DNA of 64,000 bases from Macrostomum lignano. Lineage: Eukaryota. Position 1 is the stretch's first letter. Each line of letters opens with the position of its first letter. Of this stretch, positions 29,362 to 54,900 are shown piece by piece. The stretch covers positions 1 through 64,000 of the forward strand of contig NIVC01002376.1 of assembly GCA_002269645.1 (NCBI GenBank). The letters run 5' to 3'. The position numbers and the translations under genes are program-made. A model generated the notes under the pieces. The model saw nothing but the letters and a program-made list of their open reading frames with translations. It ran no database searches and was not told the origin of the DNA.

Positions 29362-30142
29362 GGACCAGCAGCAACAGCGAACCCAGAGGCCTCATCTTTA
29401 GCCAGACGAGTTGCCAGGGAAGTCAGCTGTTCATCAACTTAAGAAAAGCTTTTACAAAAAGTACTTTCCCCATCCGTAAGTCTTAGAGAGAGGATTAGTT
29501 CAGTCACAGCTGAACTAGCCGGGTCAGAACCTCAAGGAGCTTGGGAGTCTGACAGTTCAAACACGATACATCTGGAATTCTGCTGGAAATCCAAAATTTT
29601 CTGCGAATCTCAGATCCGACTCGATCTTAGGACTTTTTCTAGTCAGAGAACGAACTCACTGCCCTCTGAGACTCTGGAGGCCATCAATCTTCAACTTCGA
29701 ATTCCCCCACCTCCTGTCTACTTCCTCCACTTCTGTCTACTTCCCACAGCCCTTGTCTACTCCCGTCACGAGTTGGCGACTCCCCTTCTGGGTGACCATT
29801 GGCTGGCCAGACAGAATCCTCGCCACTCTCCAGTCCCCAAAGATCTGTGGGATTTTTAGCCAGCCAACCCGCACTCCTCTCCTCCCCCCGGCAAAACCTT
29901 TCGTCCACAATAAATTCTGCCAGACCTAAAAAGCCACACCGGGGTTAGGGGTCCTCCACGTACCAACTGACGGTCTGCAAGATAATTAATATCGACCAGT
30001 TACCGAATATTCGCGTAAACAATTACAGCGTTCGCACTGCACATGCTGCTGACTTGCATCTTGTTAGCAGCAAATCCGCAGCCCCTCGCTTCATCAAAGA
30101 GCAACCCAGTCCGCTGCGACTCTATCCAAGCCCTGGGACCAG

Positions 30143-43538
<13,396 letters not shown>

Positions 43539-43984
43539 CAAATATATTTTTACCCTGCTTACTCGTTGGCACCGATTTGAATCAGTTGTCATTAACTGTT
43601 CTCAGATTTATCTGAAAGACCAGAAAAGTATTAATTTCAATTCATCTGCATCAAGATTTGTTTTAATTAATTATAAATGATATAACCGTTCCTCAGTCTT
43701 TTTTTATAATAACATTAGTTTTCAAAGATATTAGACACTCGAAGTATGTTCGTTAATCTGTCTCAAAACAATTAGACTGTTAATAAAACAAATGGTTGGT
43801 GATTAAATTGAGTTACTTGAGTTTATGGCAGTTGCAGTCAGTTTAAATATTGGTGCAATAATGGTAGTCACGTGTTATTTAATTAGGAGTTTACAGATGT
43901 TTGTTTCAAAATGGGATACCTTATTTTAAAAGACAATAATCCAAAACCGCTTAAGTCATGACAAGTAGGAGTACAAAAATCGGG

Positions 43985-45900
43985 AGACAGGGGGGGAGAG
44001 AGGGAGACAGGAGGTAAGAGAGAGGGAGACAGGAGGGGAGAGAGAGGGAGACAGGAGAGAGAGGAAGACAGGAGGTAAGAGAGAGGGAGACAGGAGGGGA
44101 GAGAGAGGGAGACAGGAGAGAGAGGGAGACAGGAGGTAAGAGAGAGGGAGACAGGAGGTAAGAGAGAGGGAGACAGGAGGGGAGAGAGAGGGAGACAGGA
44201 GAGACAGAGGGAGACAGGATAGAGAGGGAGACAGGAGGTAAGAGAGAGGGAGACAGGAGAGACAGAGGGAGACAGGGGAGAGAGGGAGACAGGAGAGACA
44301 GAGGGAGACAGGGGAGAGAGGGAGACAGGAGAGACAGAGGGAGACAGGAGAGAAAGATGGAGACAGGAGACAAAGGGAGACAGAAGAGAGAGGGATACAG
44401 GAGAGAGAGGGGGAGACAGGGGAGAGAGGGAGACAGGAGGTAAGAGAGAGGGAGACAGGAGAGACAGAGGGAGACAGGGGAGAGAGGGAGACAGGAGGGG
44501 AGAGAGAGGGAGACAGGGGAGAGAGGGAGACAGGAGAGAGAGGGAGACAGGAGGGGATGGAGAGGGAGACAGGAGGGGAGAGAGAAGGAGACAGGAGGGG
44601 AGAAAGAGGAAGACAGAAGAGAGAGGGAGACAGGAGACAGAGGAAGACAGAAGAGAGAGGGAGACAGGATAGAGAGGGAGACAGGAGAGAGAGGGAGACA
44701 GGAGACAGAGGGAGACAGGAGAGAGAGGGAGACAGGAGAGAGAGGGAGACAGGAGACAAAGGGAGACAGGAGAGAAAGATGGAGACAGGAGACAGAGGGA
44801 GACAGGGGAGAGAGGGAGACAGGAGAGACAGAGGGAGACAGGATAGAGAGGGAGACAGGAGGTAAGAGAGAGGGAGACAGGAGGGGAGAGAGAGGGAGAC
44901 AGGAGAGAGAGGGAGACAGGAGGGGATGGAGAGGGAGACAGGAGGGGAGAGAGAGGGAGACAGGAGAGAGAGGGAGACAGGAGAGAGAGGGAGACAGGAG
45001 GGGAGAGAGACGGAGACAGGAGGGGAGAGAGAGGGAGACAGGAGGGGAGAGAGAGGGAGACAGGAGGGGATGGAGAGGGAGACAGGAGGGGAGAGAGAGG
45101 GAGACAGGAGGGGATGGAGAGGGAGACAGGAGGGGAGAGAGAGGGAGACAGGAGAGAGAGGGAGACAGGAGGGGAGAGAGACGGAAACAGGAGGGGAGAG
45201 AGAGGGAGACAGGAGGGAAGAGAGAGGGAGACAGGGGAGTGAGGGAGACAGGAGAGAGAGGGAGACAGGAGGGGAGAGAGACGGAGACAGGAGGGGAGAG
45301 AGAGGGAGACAGGAGGGGAGAGAGAGGGAGACAGGGGAGAGAGGGAGACAGGAGAGAGAGGGAGACAGGAGGGGATGGAGAGGGAGACAGGAGGGGAGAG
45401 AGAAGGAGACAGGAGGGGAGAAAGAGGAAGACAGAAGAGAGAGGGAGACAGGAGACAGAGGGAGACAGGAGAGAGAGGGAGACAGGAGAGAGAGGGAGAC
45501 AGGAGAGAGAGGGAGACAGGAGAGAGAGGGAGACAGGAGAGAGAGGGAGACAGGAGAGAGAGGGAGACAGGAGACAAAGGGAGACAGGAGAGAAAGATGG
45601 AGACAGGAGACAGAGGGAGACAGGGGAGAGAGGGAGACAGGAAAGAAAGATGGAGACAGGAGACAAAGGGAGACAGGGGAGAGAGGGATACAGGAGAGAG
45701 AGGGGGAGACAGGGGAGAGAGGGAGACAGGGGAGAGAGGGAGACAGGGGAGAGAGGGAGACAGGGGAGAGAGGGAGACAGGGGAGAGAGGGAGACAGAGG
45801 AGAGAGGGAGACAGGGGAGAGAGATGGAGACAGGAGACAGAGTGAGACAGGAGACAGAGGGAGACAGGGGAGAGAGGGAGACAGGGGAGAGAGGGGGAGG
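43985..45900. repeat. Purine-rich array (GAGAGAGGGAGACAGGA-type)
   Basis: ~1.9 kb, almost free of T on the + strand. Lies between the ERG and homeobox 3' ends. Confidence 0.95.
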
Positions 45901-45972
45901 CAAGTGAGACGGGCAGAAACAAGTGGCAGAGGAACAGTCTTCAGGGAAGTCTCCAGGATAGCGGTCAGGTAA

Positions 45973-48771
45973 TCAACGATGGTCCAGCAGCCTCTTGTTG
46001 CAAGTTCGCAGGGGGCGGCATTTGGAGCAAGAACTCCCGACCTCTCGTTCGCGAGCTGGGCTGAGAAGCCGAGTCTCCTTCTTATACCGAACTCGCCGAT
46101 TTTGAAACCAGATTTTCACCTGCTTCTCACTCAGGCTCAATCGCTGAGCAATGCCAATTCGTCTGATGCGGGTGAGGTACATGCTGACCGAGAATTCGGT
46201 CTCCAGTGACAAAAGCTGATCGCTTGAGAATGCAGTTCTCACTCGCTTGTGACTGCTGACTGATGCTGTCTCTCTGTGCGCTAAGCCTGCATTCGAGTGG
46301 TTGTCTGTAGTTTGGGATTAAATGTGACTTACGTGAGCTCAGGGTCTGTTCATGGCCAGCGAGACCCACTGAGCAGGGTCAACAGCCCCACACTGGAGGG
46401 GTCAACAGACCTATACACCGGAGGGGTCAACAGACCTCTACACCGGAGGGGTCAACAGACCTCTACACCGGAGGGGTCAACAGACCTCTACACCGGAGGG
46501 GTCAACAGACCTCTACACCGGAGGGGTCAACAGACCTCTACACCGGAGGGGTCAACAGACCTCTACACCGGAGGGGTCAACAGACCTCTACACCGGAGGG
46601 GTCAACAGACCTAGACACCGGAGGGGTCAACAGACCTAGACACCGGAGGGGTCAACAGACCTCTACACCGGAGGGGTCAACAGACCTCTACACCGGAGGG
46701 GTCAACAGACCTCTACACCGGAGGGGTCAACAGACCTCTACACCGGAGGGGTCAACAGACCTCTACACCGGAGGGGTCAACAGACCTCTACACCGGAGGG
46801 GTCAACAGACCTCTACACCGGAGGGGTCAACAGACCTAGACACCGGAGGGGTCAACAGACCTATACACCGGAGGGGTCAACAGACCTCTACACCGGAGGG
46901 GTCAACAGAACTATACACCGGAGGGGTCAACAGACCTAGACACCGGAGGGGTCAACAGACCTATACACCGGAGGGGTCAACAGACCTATACACTGGAGGG
47001 GTCAACAGACCTATACACTGGAGGGGTCAACAGACCTACACCGGAGGGGTAAACAGACCTACACCAGAGGGGTCAACAGACCTACACCGGAGGGGTCAAC
47101 AGACCTACACCGGAGGGGTCAACAGACCTAGACACCGGAGGGGTAAACAGACCTACACCAGAGGGGTCAACAGACCTACACACTGGAGGGGTCAACATAC
47201 CTACACTGAAGGGGTCAACAGACCCACACCAGAGGGGTCAACAGACCTACACACCGGAGGGGTCGAACGACCTACACCGGAGGGGTCAACAGACCTACAT
47301 GTACACCAGAGGGGTCAACAGACCTACACACTGGAGGGGTCAACAGACCTACACTGGAGGGGTCAACAGACCTACACCAGAGGGGTCAACAGACCTACAC
47401 ACTGGAGGGGTCAACAGACCTATACACCGGAGGGGTCAACAGACCTACACCGGAGGGGTCAAAAGACCTACACCAGAGGGGTCAACAGACCTACACACTG
47501 GAGGGGTCAACAGACCTACACCAGAGGGGTCAACAGACCTATACACCGGAGGGGTCAACAGACCTACACCAGAGGGGTCAACAGACCTACACACTGGAGG
47601 GGTCAACAGACCTACACCGGAGGGGTCAACAGACCTATACACCGGAGGGGTCGAACGACCTACACCGGAGGGGTCAACAGACCTATACACTGGAGGGGTC
47701 AACAGACCTACACACTGGAGGGGTCAACAGACCTACACTGGAGGGGTCAACAGACCTACACTGGAGGGGTCAACAGACCTACACACTGGAGGGGTCAACA
47801 GACCTATACACTGGAGGGGTCAACAGACCTATACACTGGAGGGGTCAACAGACCTACACTGGAGGGGTCAACAGACCTACACTGGAGGGGTCAACAGACC
47901 TACACACTGGAGGGGTCAACAGACCTATACACTGGAGGGGTCAACAGACCTACACACTGGAGGGGTCAACAGACCTATACACTGGAGGGGTCAACAGACC
48001 TATACACTGGAGGGGTCAACAGACCTACACACTGGAGGGGTCAACAGACCTATACACTGGAGGGGTCAACAGACCCACACTGGAGGGGTCAACAGACCTA
48101 TACACTGGAGGGGTCAACAGACCTATACACTGGAGGGGTCAACAGACCTACACTGGAGGGGTCAACAGACCTATACTGGAGGGGTCAACAGACCTATACT
48201 GGAGGGGTCAACAGACCTATACTGGAGGGGTCAACAGACCTATACTGGAGGGGCCAACAGACCTACACTGGAGGGGTCAACAGACCTACACTGGAGGGGT
48301 CAACAGACCTACACTGGAGGGGTCAACAGACCTATACTGGAGGGGCCAACAGACCTATACTGGAGGGGCCAACAGACCTACACTGGAGGGGTCAACAGAC
48401 CTATACTGGAGGGGTCAACAGACCTACACTGGAGGGGTCAACAGACCTACACTGGAGGGGTCAAGGGGACAGGGGACAGCGCAGAAAAGTCTGTTCAAAC
48501 CTTCAGTCCTTGACGAAGCAGCCGTCCCACTGTCAGCTGCATCATCCTGGCTGGCTCTGGACAATCGTCCAGCTTCTTCTTGTTCGTCAATCTGGCTTCG
48601 GAGGCGCGGTGTTGAAGCAAACGGAAGTGGTGGAAATGCCCCAGGTAGACACGGAGCACCCACCAGGTAACTGCTGGGTGGCAGCTGCAGGTGCTGACCT
48701 TGCTCAATCAAGCCAAATGAAGCCAGAAGGCTCCAAGTTGCAGCAGGCAAATTGAATGGGGGAGCTGTCAT
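45973..48771 (-). CDS. GSX: Gsx/Ind-like (ParaHox) homeobox transcription factor, 2 exons (5' end uncertain)
   Basis: Exon 2 (46286-45973) encodes [58 protein letters not shown], matching the Gsx signature RTAF.S.QLL.LE.EF...[25 protein letters not shown]. Exon 1 (48771-48501) is Pro/Ala-rich and joins through a phase-1 GT-AG intron. The homeodomain is certain; the family assignment and start codon are less so. Confidence 0.82.
46375..48465. repeat. 23-27-bp minisatellite (GGAGGGGTCAACAGACCT[CT]ACAC[C/T]) filling the homeobox-gene intron
   Basis: ~85 units. CCGG variants dominate on the left and CTGG variants on the right. Confidence 0.96.
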
Positions 48772-48974
48772 GACTGCGGCTCTGTCTGCGATCTGACACT
48801 CAAGAATCCCGACACTTCTGACCAAGCAGGAAGGTGACTTCGTTTATCACCCAGTTTCTGGGGGCCATGTCTTTGTCTGTCTTGGGTAACTGCTGAGCCA
48901 ATGGAAATCTGTCTGTGAATACGGGAGTTATGTCTTATGGTCTACAGTTCTCGGCTAACTAGACCTGAGCATGT

Positions 48975-50660
48975 CCTCTCCTTCCACTCCCTCCTCTCCT
49001 GTTCTCCCCTCTGTCCTCATCTCCCCTCCTCTTTACCTCTCCCCTCTCCTCTCCTCTCCTCTCCTCTCCTCTCCTCTCCTCTCCTCTCCTCCCTCTCCTC
49101 TCCTCCCCTCTCCTCTCCTCTCCTCCCTCTCCTCTCCTCTCCTCTCCTCTCACTCTCCTCTCCTCCCATCTCCTCTCCTCCCCTCTCCTCTCCTCTCCTC
49201 TCCTCTCCTCTCCTCTCTCTCTCCTCTCCTCCTCATCTCCTCTCCTCCCTCTCCTCTCCTCCCCTCTCCTCTCCTCCCTATCCTCTCCTCTCCTCTCCTC
49301 TCCTCCCATCTCCTCTCCTCCCCTCTCCTCTCCTCCCCTCTCCTCTCCTCCCTCTCCTCTCCTCTCCTCTCCTCTCCTCTCCTCTCCTCTCCTCTCCTCT
49401 CCTTCCACTCCCTCCTCTCCTGTTCTCCCTCTGTCCTCATCTCCCTCCTCTTTACCTCTCCCCTCTCCTCTCCTCTCCTCTCCTCTCCTCTCCTCTCCTC
49501 TCCTCTCCTCTCCTCTCCTCTCCTCTCCTCCCCTCTCCTCCCCTCTCCTCTCCTTCCCTTCCCCTCTCCTCTCCTCTCCTCTCCTCTCCTCTCCTCCCTC
49601 TCCTCTCCTCCCCTCTCCTCTCCTCTCCTCCCTCTCCTCTCCTCTCCTCTCCTCTCACTCTCCTCTCCTCCCATCTCCTCTCCTCCCCTCTCCTCTCCTC
49701 TCCTCTCCTCTCCTCTCCTCTCCTCTCCTCTCCTCCCATCTCCTCTCCTCCCCTCTCCTCTCCTCCCCTATCCTCTCCTCCCCTATCCTCTCCTCTCCTC
49801 TCCTCTCCTCCCATCTCCTCTCCTCCCCTCTCCTCTCCTCCCCTCTCCTCTCCTCCCCTCTCCTCTCCTCCCCTATCCTCTCCTCTCCTCTCCTCTCCTC
49901 CCATCTCCTCTCCTCCCCTCTCTTCTCCTCCCCTCTCCTCTCCTCCCCTATCCTCTCCTCTCCTCTCCTCTCCTCTCCTCTCCTCTCCTCTCCTCTCCTT
50001 CCACTCCCTCCTCTCCTGTTCTCCCCTCTGTCCTCATCTCCCCTCCTCTTTACCTCTCCCCTCTCCTCTCCTCTCCTCTCCTCTCCTCTCCTCTCCTCTC
50101 CTCTCCTCTCCTCTCCTCTCCTCTCCTCTCCTCCCCTCTCCTCCCCTCTCCTCTCCTTCCCTTCCCCTCTCCTCTCCTCTCCTCTCCTCTCCTCTCCTCC
50201 CCTCTCCTCTCCTCCCCTCTCCTCTCCTCTCCTCCCTCTCCTCTCCTCTCCTCTCCTCTCACTCTCCTCTCCTCCCATCTCCTCTCCTCCCCTCTCCTCT
50301 CCTCTCCTCTCCTCTCCTCTCCTCTCCTCTCCTCTCCTCTCCTCTCCTCCCATCTCCTCTCCTCCCCTCTCCTCTCCTCCCCTATCCTCTCCTCCCCTAT
50401 CCTCTCCTCTCCTCTCCTCTCCTCTCCTCTCCTCCCTCTCCTCTCCTCCCTCTCCTCTCCTCCCCTCTCCTCTCCTCCCCTCTCCTCTCCTCCCTCTCTC
50501 TCCTCTCCTCTCCTCTCCTCTCCTCTCCTCTCCTCTCCTCTCCCTCTCCTCTCCTCCCCTCTCCTCTCCTCCCCTCTCCTCTCCTCCCCTCTCCTCTCCT
50601 CCCCTCTCCTCTCTCCTCTCCTCTTCCCCTCTCCTCTCCTCCCCTATCCTCTCTACTCAA
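48975..50660. repeat. Pyrimidine-rich (CTCCT)n-based array with a recurring ~65-bp block (~48980, ~49400, ~49997)
   Basis: ~1.7-kb polypyrimidine tract. Confidence 0.95.
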
Positions 50661-51202
50661 CCCTCTTTTCTCAATAGTCTCTGAAACGTATCTCAGAGAA
50701 ATTTGGCATGGCATTATGACACTTCCGCATTTAAAACAAAGCAAAGACAGAGACTGCCCTTCCATGAAACAATAAAATACTTTGTTTGCCAACACATTTG
50801 TTTTAGAAATTGCAATTCTCGAAACCTCATTGTGTCCCAACTCCGTTTTGTGTGGTAATTTTAGAAGTAGTTACAGAACAGAATAATGAATAGAACAACT
50901 TTTCAAAGACGGAATAAGCCAAGTTTGCTTTTGACCATGCTTTTCAATATTACGGATTTCATATTTGATACATTTTTACAAAATCTTTCTTTTTGAAATA
51001 AGCTCACTTCCTCTTTTAGAAGAAATTGTTTTTGCACCTGTTCGTTTGATTCTAAAAGATTTATTTCCACTTGGGAATTTCACGACTTTGAATGGAGGTT
51101 TCAGTTTATATAGTCTCTGTTTGTAATGAGATTTAATAAATCTGACTCACTACTGAGGTATTCAAATAAGTAGTCTGTGCAGGATATCTGTTGAAAGCAT
51201 CC

Positions 51203-51470
51203 CAGCACCCCTGACCCCTTCCAGCACCCCCTGACCCCTTCCAGCACCCCTGACCCCTTCCAGCACCCCTGACCCCTTCCAGCACCCCCTGACCCCTTCC
51301 AGCACCCCCTGACCCCTTCCAGCACCCTCTGACCCCTTCCAGCACCCCCTGACCCCTTCCAGAATCCCCTGACCCCTTCCAGAATCCCCTGACCCCTTCC
51401 AGCACCCCCTGACCCCTTCCAGCACCCCCTGACCCTTTCCAGCATTCCCTGACCCCTGCAGCAACCCCCA
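51203..51470. repeat. 19-20-bp minisatellite (CCAGCACCCCCTGACCCCTT)
   Basis: ~13 units. Confidence 0.92.
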
Positions 51471-51863
51471 TGGCCACAAAATTAAAAATCCACTGAGAAC
51501 TCCATTTACACGACACGAAATAAATAAAATTATTTATTTATTTTCGACTGCCAACACTGACCCAGTTGTCTCGCCAACAAAAACTTGGCAAAAATTTCTA
51601 TACAGACCGCAAAATACCTTAGGAGAAAGGCCAAATTAAGTCTAAATACACAGGTTAAGCTGAATAAGCAACGCGAAGCTGAATACAGTAAGCTACCAAC
51701 TCACCCCACCCTGTTTACAGTCTGTCTGTCCAATCTAAACAATAATACAGTCGCAATGAATGCAGACAACTTTGAGCACAGTTTGAGCACACACAGACTA
51801 GCCTAGCAGTTGTTGACAGGCTGTGCCGGCCTCACAGGTGTGTGACAGTTCACCTCAACTGTC

Positions 51864-51871
51864 TATATAAA
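51864..51871 (+). promoter_or_regulatory. Candidate TATA box of the sHSP gene
   Basis: TATATAAA ~100 nt upstream of ATG 51968. Confidence 0.45.
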
Positions 51872-51967
51872 TTCGAAGACAGTCGACAACCAACACAGCG
51901 AGAAGACTTGCAACTTTGCTGAGCTTTGAAATTCTGTACAACATTATAGCCAGAACATTGTGTAGCC

Positions 51968-54900
51968 ATGAGCGGTGGCAATGCCTCTCCAATGCAGGGT
52001 AGATCTCCGAGCCCAAGGCTGAGCCCGAGAATTGTTGAAGGTAAGCATGTAGTTCACACGATAAATCTTGTTGCAAAAGTTCAGCAGCACCAATTACAGC
52101 AGGACCGCAATATAAAATGTTTATTTCAAGTTGTATTTTCATTTTCACACTTATTCATATTGGTAATACTGGGCTTTTTTCTCACCGAACTGTTGCGTAG
52201 ATGCAGCAGCCATTCTTGCTGGATATATGGAGCTGCATTCGCTTCGGAGTGTAACTGTAACTGGCTTCTGTGTTCTCGCTCCATTCTCTCCTCTCTCCTC
52301 TCTTCTCCCCTCTCCTCTCTTCTCCCCTCTCTTCTCTCTTCTCCCCTCTCTCCTCTCTTCTCCCCTCTCTCCTCTCTTCTCCCCTCTCTCCTCTCTTCTC
52401 CCCTCTCTCCTCTCTTCTCCCCTCTCTTCTCCCCTCTCTCCTCTCTTCTCCCCTCTCTCCTCTCTTCTCCCCTCTCTTCTCCCCTCTCTCCTCTCTTTTC
52501 CCCTCTCTTCTCCCCTCTTTCCTCTCTTCGCTCCTCTCTCCTCTCTTCTCCCCTCTCCTCTCTTCTCCCCTCTCTAATCTCTTCTCCCCTCCGTCCTTTC
52601 CTCTCACCTCTCTTCTCCCTTCTCTCCTCTCTTCTCCCCTCTCTCCTCTCTTCTCCCCTCTCTCCTCTCTTCTCCCCTCTCTCCTCTCTTCTCCCCTCTC
52701 TCCTCTCTTCTCCCCTCTCTCCTCTCTTCTCCCCTCTCTTCTCCCCTCTCTCCTCTCTTCTCCCCTCTCTCCTCTCTTCTCCCCTCTCTTCTCCCCTCTT
52801 TCCTCTCTTCGCTCCTCTCTCCTCTCTTCTCCCCTCTCTGCTCTCCCCTCTCTTCCCTTTCTTCTCTCCCCTCATCCCCCTGTCATACATATTTCCAAGA
52901 CCTCAGGAGTGTAGGCCCCAATCTCTCATTTCGAACACTCTCCCATCTTGTGGAACACAACAAGTCCACAGTCAATCCTTACCAGAGTGTTGTGTAGAAA
53001 AGCAACCCATCGGACTTTCTGTCCTTCCCTAACGATTCGCCTGTCCACAACGCGGAGAGGGAGACAGACCCGACCGTCCTCTCCCGTCCCTGCCAATGGG
53101 TGAATGAATAAATTCGAAATGCCAAAGTTCTTAAGACTTAAGCGTGTGACTAATGCAGAGGACAGCAGGGGTAAGGGAGAGAGGGGGCAGAGAGAGAGAG
53201 AGAGAGAGAGAGAAGGCAAGAAGTCGTCATAAGACTTGGAAGCCTACACAGAAAGATACAGACACAAGTAGCTACCTATAACTTATACTGTTAGCAAGAT
53301 CTTGACAAGAAATCTTCAATTGAAAACCGCGTATTCTCACCTGAAATTTATTATGGGTAAGTCATGATAACTGAAATCCTGGAGTAAAGCATGAGAATCG
53401 ACTAATCTTGCTATTCTTCTCCCCTGAGACTTGTCTCCCTGAGACTTGTCTCCCCTGAGACTTGTCTCCCCTGAGACTTGTCTCCAATGAGACTTGTCTC
53501 CAATGAGACTTGTCTCCAATGAGACTTGTCTCCAATGAGACTTGTCTCCAATGAGACTTGTCTCCAATGAGACTTGTCTCCCCCTGAGACTTGTCTCCCA
53601 CTGAGACTTGTCTCCAATGAGACTTGTCTCCCCTGAGACTTGTCTCCCCCTTGAGACTTGTCTCCCCCTTGAGACTTGTCTCCAATGAGACTTGTCTCCC
53701 TGAGACTTGTCTCCCCTGAGACTTGTCTCCCTGAGACTTGTCTCCCCTGAGACTTGTCTCTCCTGAGACTTGTCTCCCCTGAGACTTGTCTTCCCTGAGA
53801 CTTGTCTCCAATGAGACTTGTCTCTCCTGAGACTTGTCTCCCCTGAGACTTGTCTCCCCTGAGACTTGTCTCCAATGAGACTTGTCTCCCCTGAGACTTG
53901 TCTCCCCTGAGACTTGTCTCCAATGAGACTTGTCTCTCCTGAGACTTGTCTCCCCTGAGACTTGTCTCCCCTGAGACTTGTCTCCAATGAGACTTGTCTC
54001 CCCTGAGACTTGTCTCCCCTGAGACTTGTCTACCCTGAGACTAGTCTCCCCTGAGACTTGTCTCCAATGAGACTTGTCTACCCTGAGACTTGTCTCCCCT
54101 GAGACTTGTCTCCCCTGAGACTTGTCTCCCCTGAGACTTGTCTCCAATGAGACTTGTCTCCAATGAGACTTGTCTCCCCTGAGACTTGTCTCCCCCTTGA
54201 GACTTGTCTCCCCCTTGAGACTTGTCTCCAATGAGACTTGTCTCCCTGAGACTTGTCTCCCCTGAGACTTGTCTCCCTGAGACTTGTCTCCCCTGAGACT
54301 TGTCTCTCCTGAGACTTGTCTCCCCTGAGACTTGTCTTCCCTGAGACTTGTCTCCAATGAGACTTGTCTCTCCTGAGACTTGTCTCCCCTGAGACTTGTC
54401 TCCCCTGAGACTTGTCTCCAATGAGACTTGTCTCCCCTGAGACTTGTCTCCCCTGAGACTTGTCTCCCCTGAGACTTGTCTCCCCTGAGACTTGTCTCCC
54501 CTGAGACTTGTCTCCAATGAGACTTGTCTCCAATGAGACTTGTCTCCCCTGAGACTTGTCTCCAATGAGACTTGTCTCCAATGAGACTTGTCTCCAATGA
54601 GACTTGCCTCCCTGAGACTTGTCTCCCCCTGAGACTTGCCTCCAATGAGACTTGTCTCCAATGAGACTTGTCACCCCTGAGACTTGTCTCCCTGAGACTT
54701 GTCTCCCCTGAGACTTGTCTCCCTGAGACTTGTCTCCCCTGAGATTTGTCTCCTATGAGATTTGTCTTTCCTGAGATTTGTCTCCTCTGAGAACTGTCTC
54801 CCCTGAGACTCCCCCGAGACTTGTCTCCCCCTAAGACTTGTCTCCCTTGAGATTGCCTCCCTCCAGAGTCTAAATCGCTCCTGAGACGCCAGGTGCAGTC

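Noticed and set aside
50806-50823. Heat-shock element upstream of the sHSP gene
   Set aside because: Only two correctly phased nGAAn units; the third is out of register.
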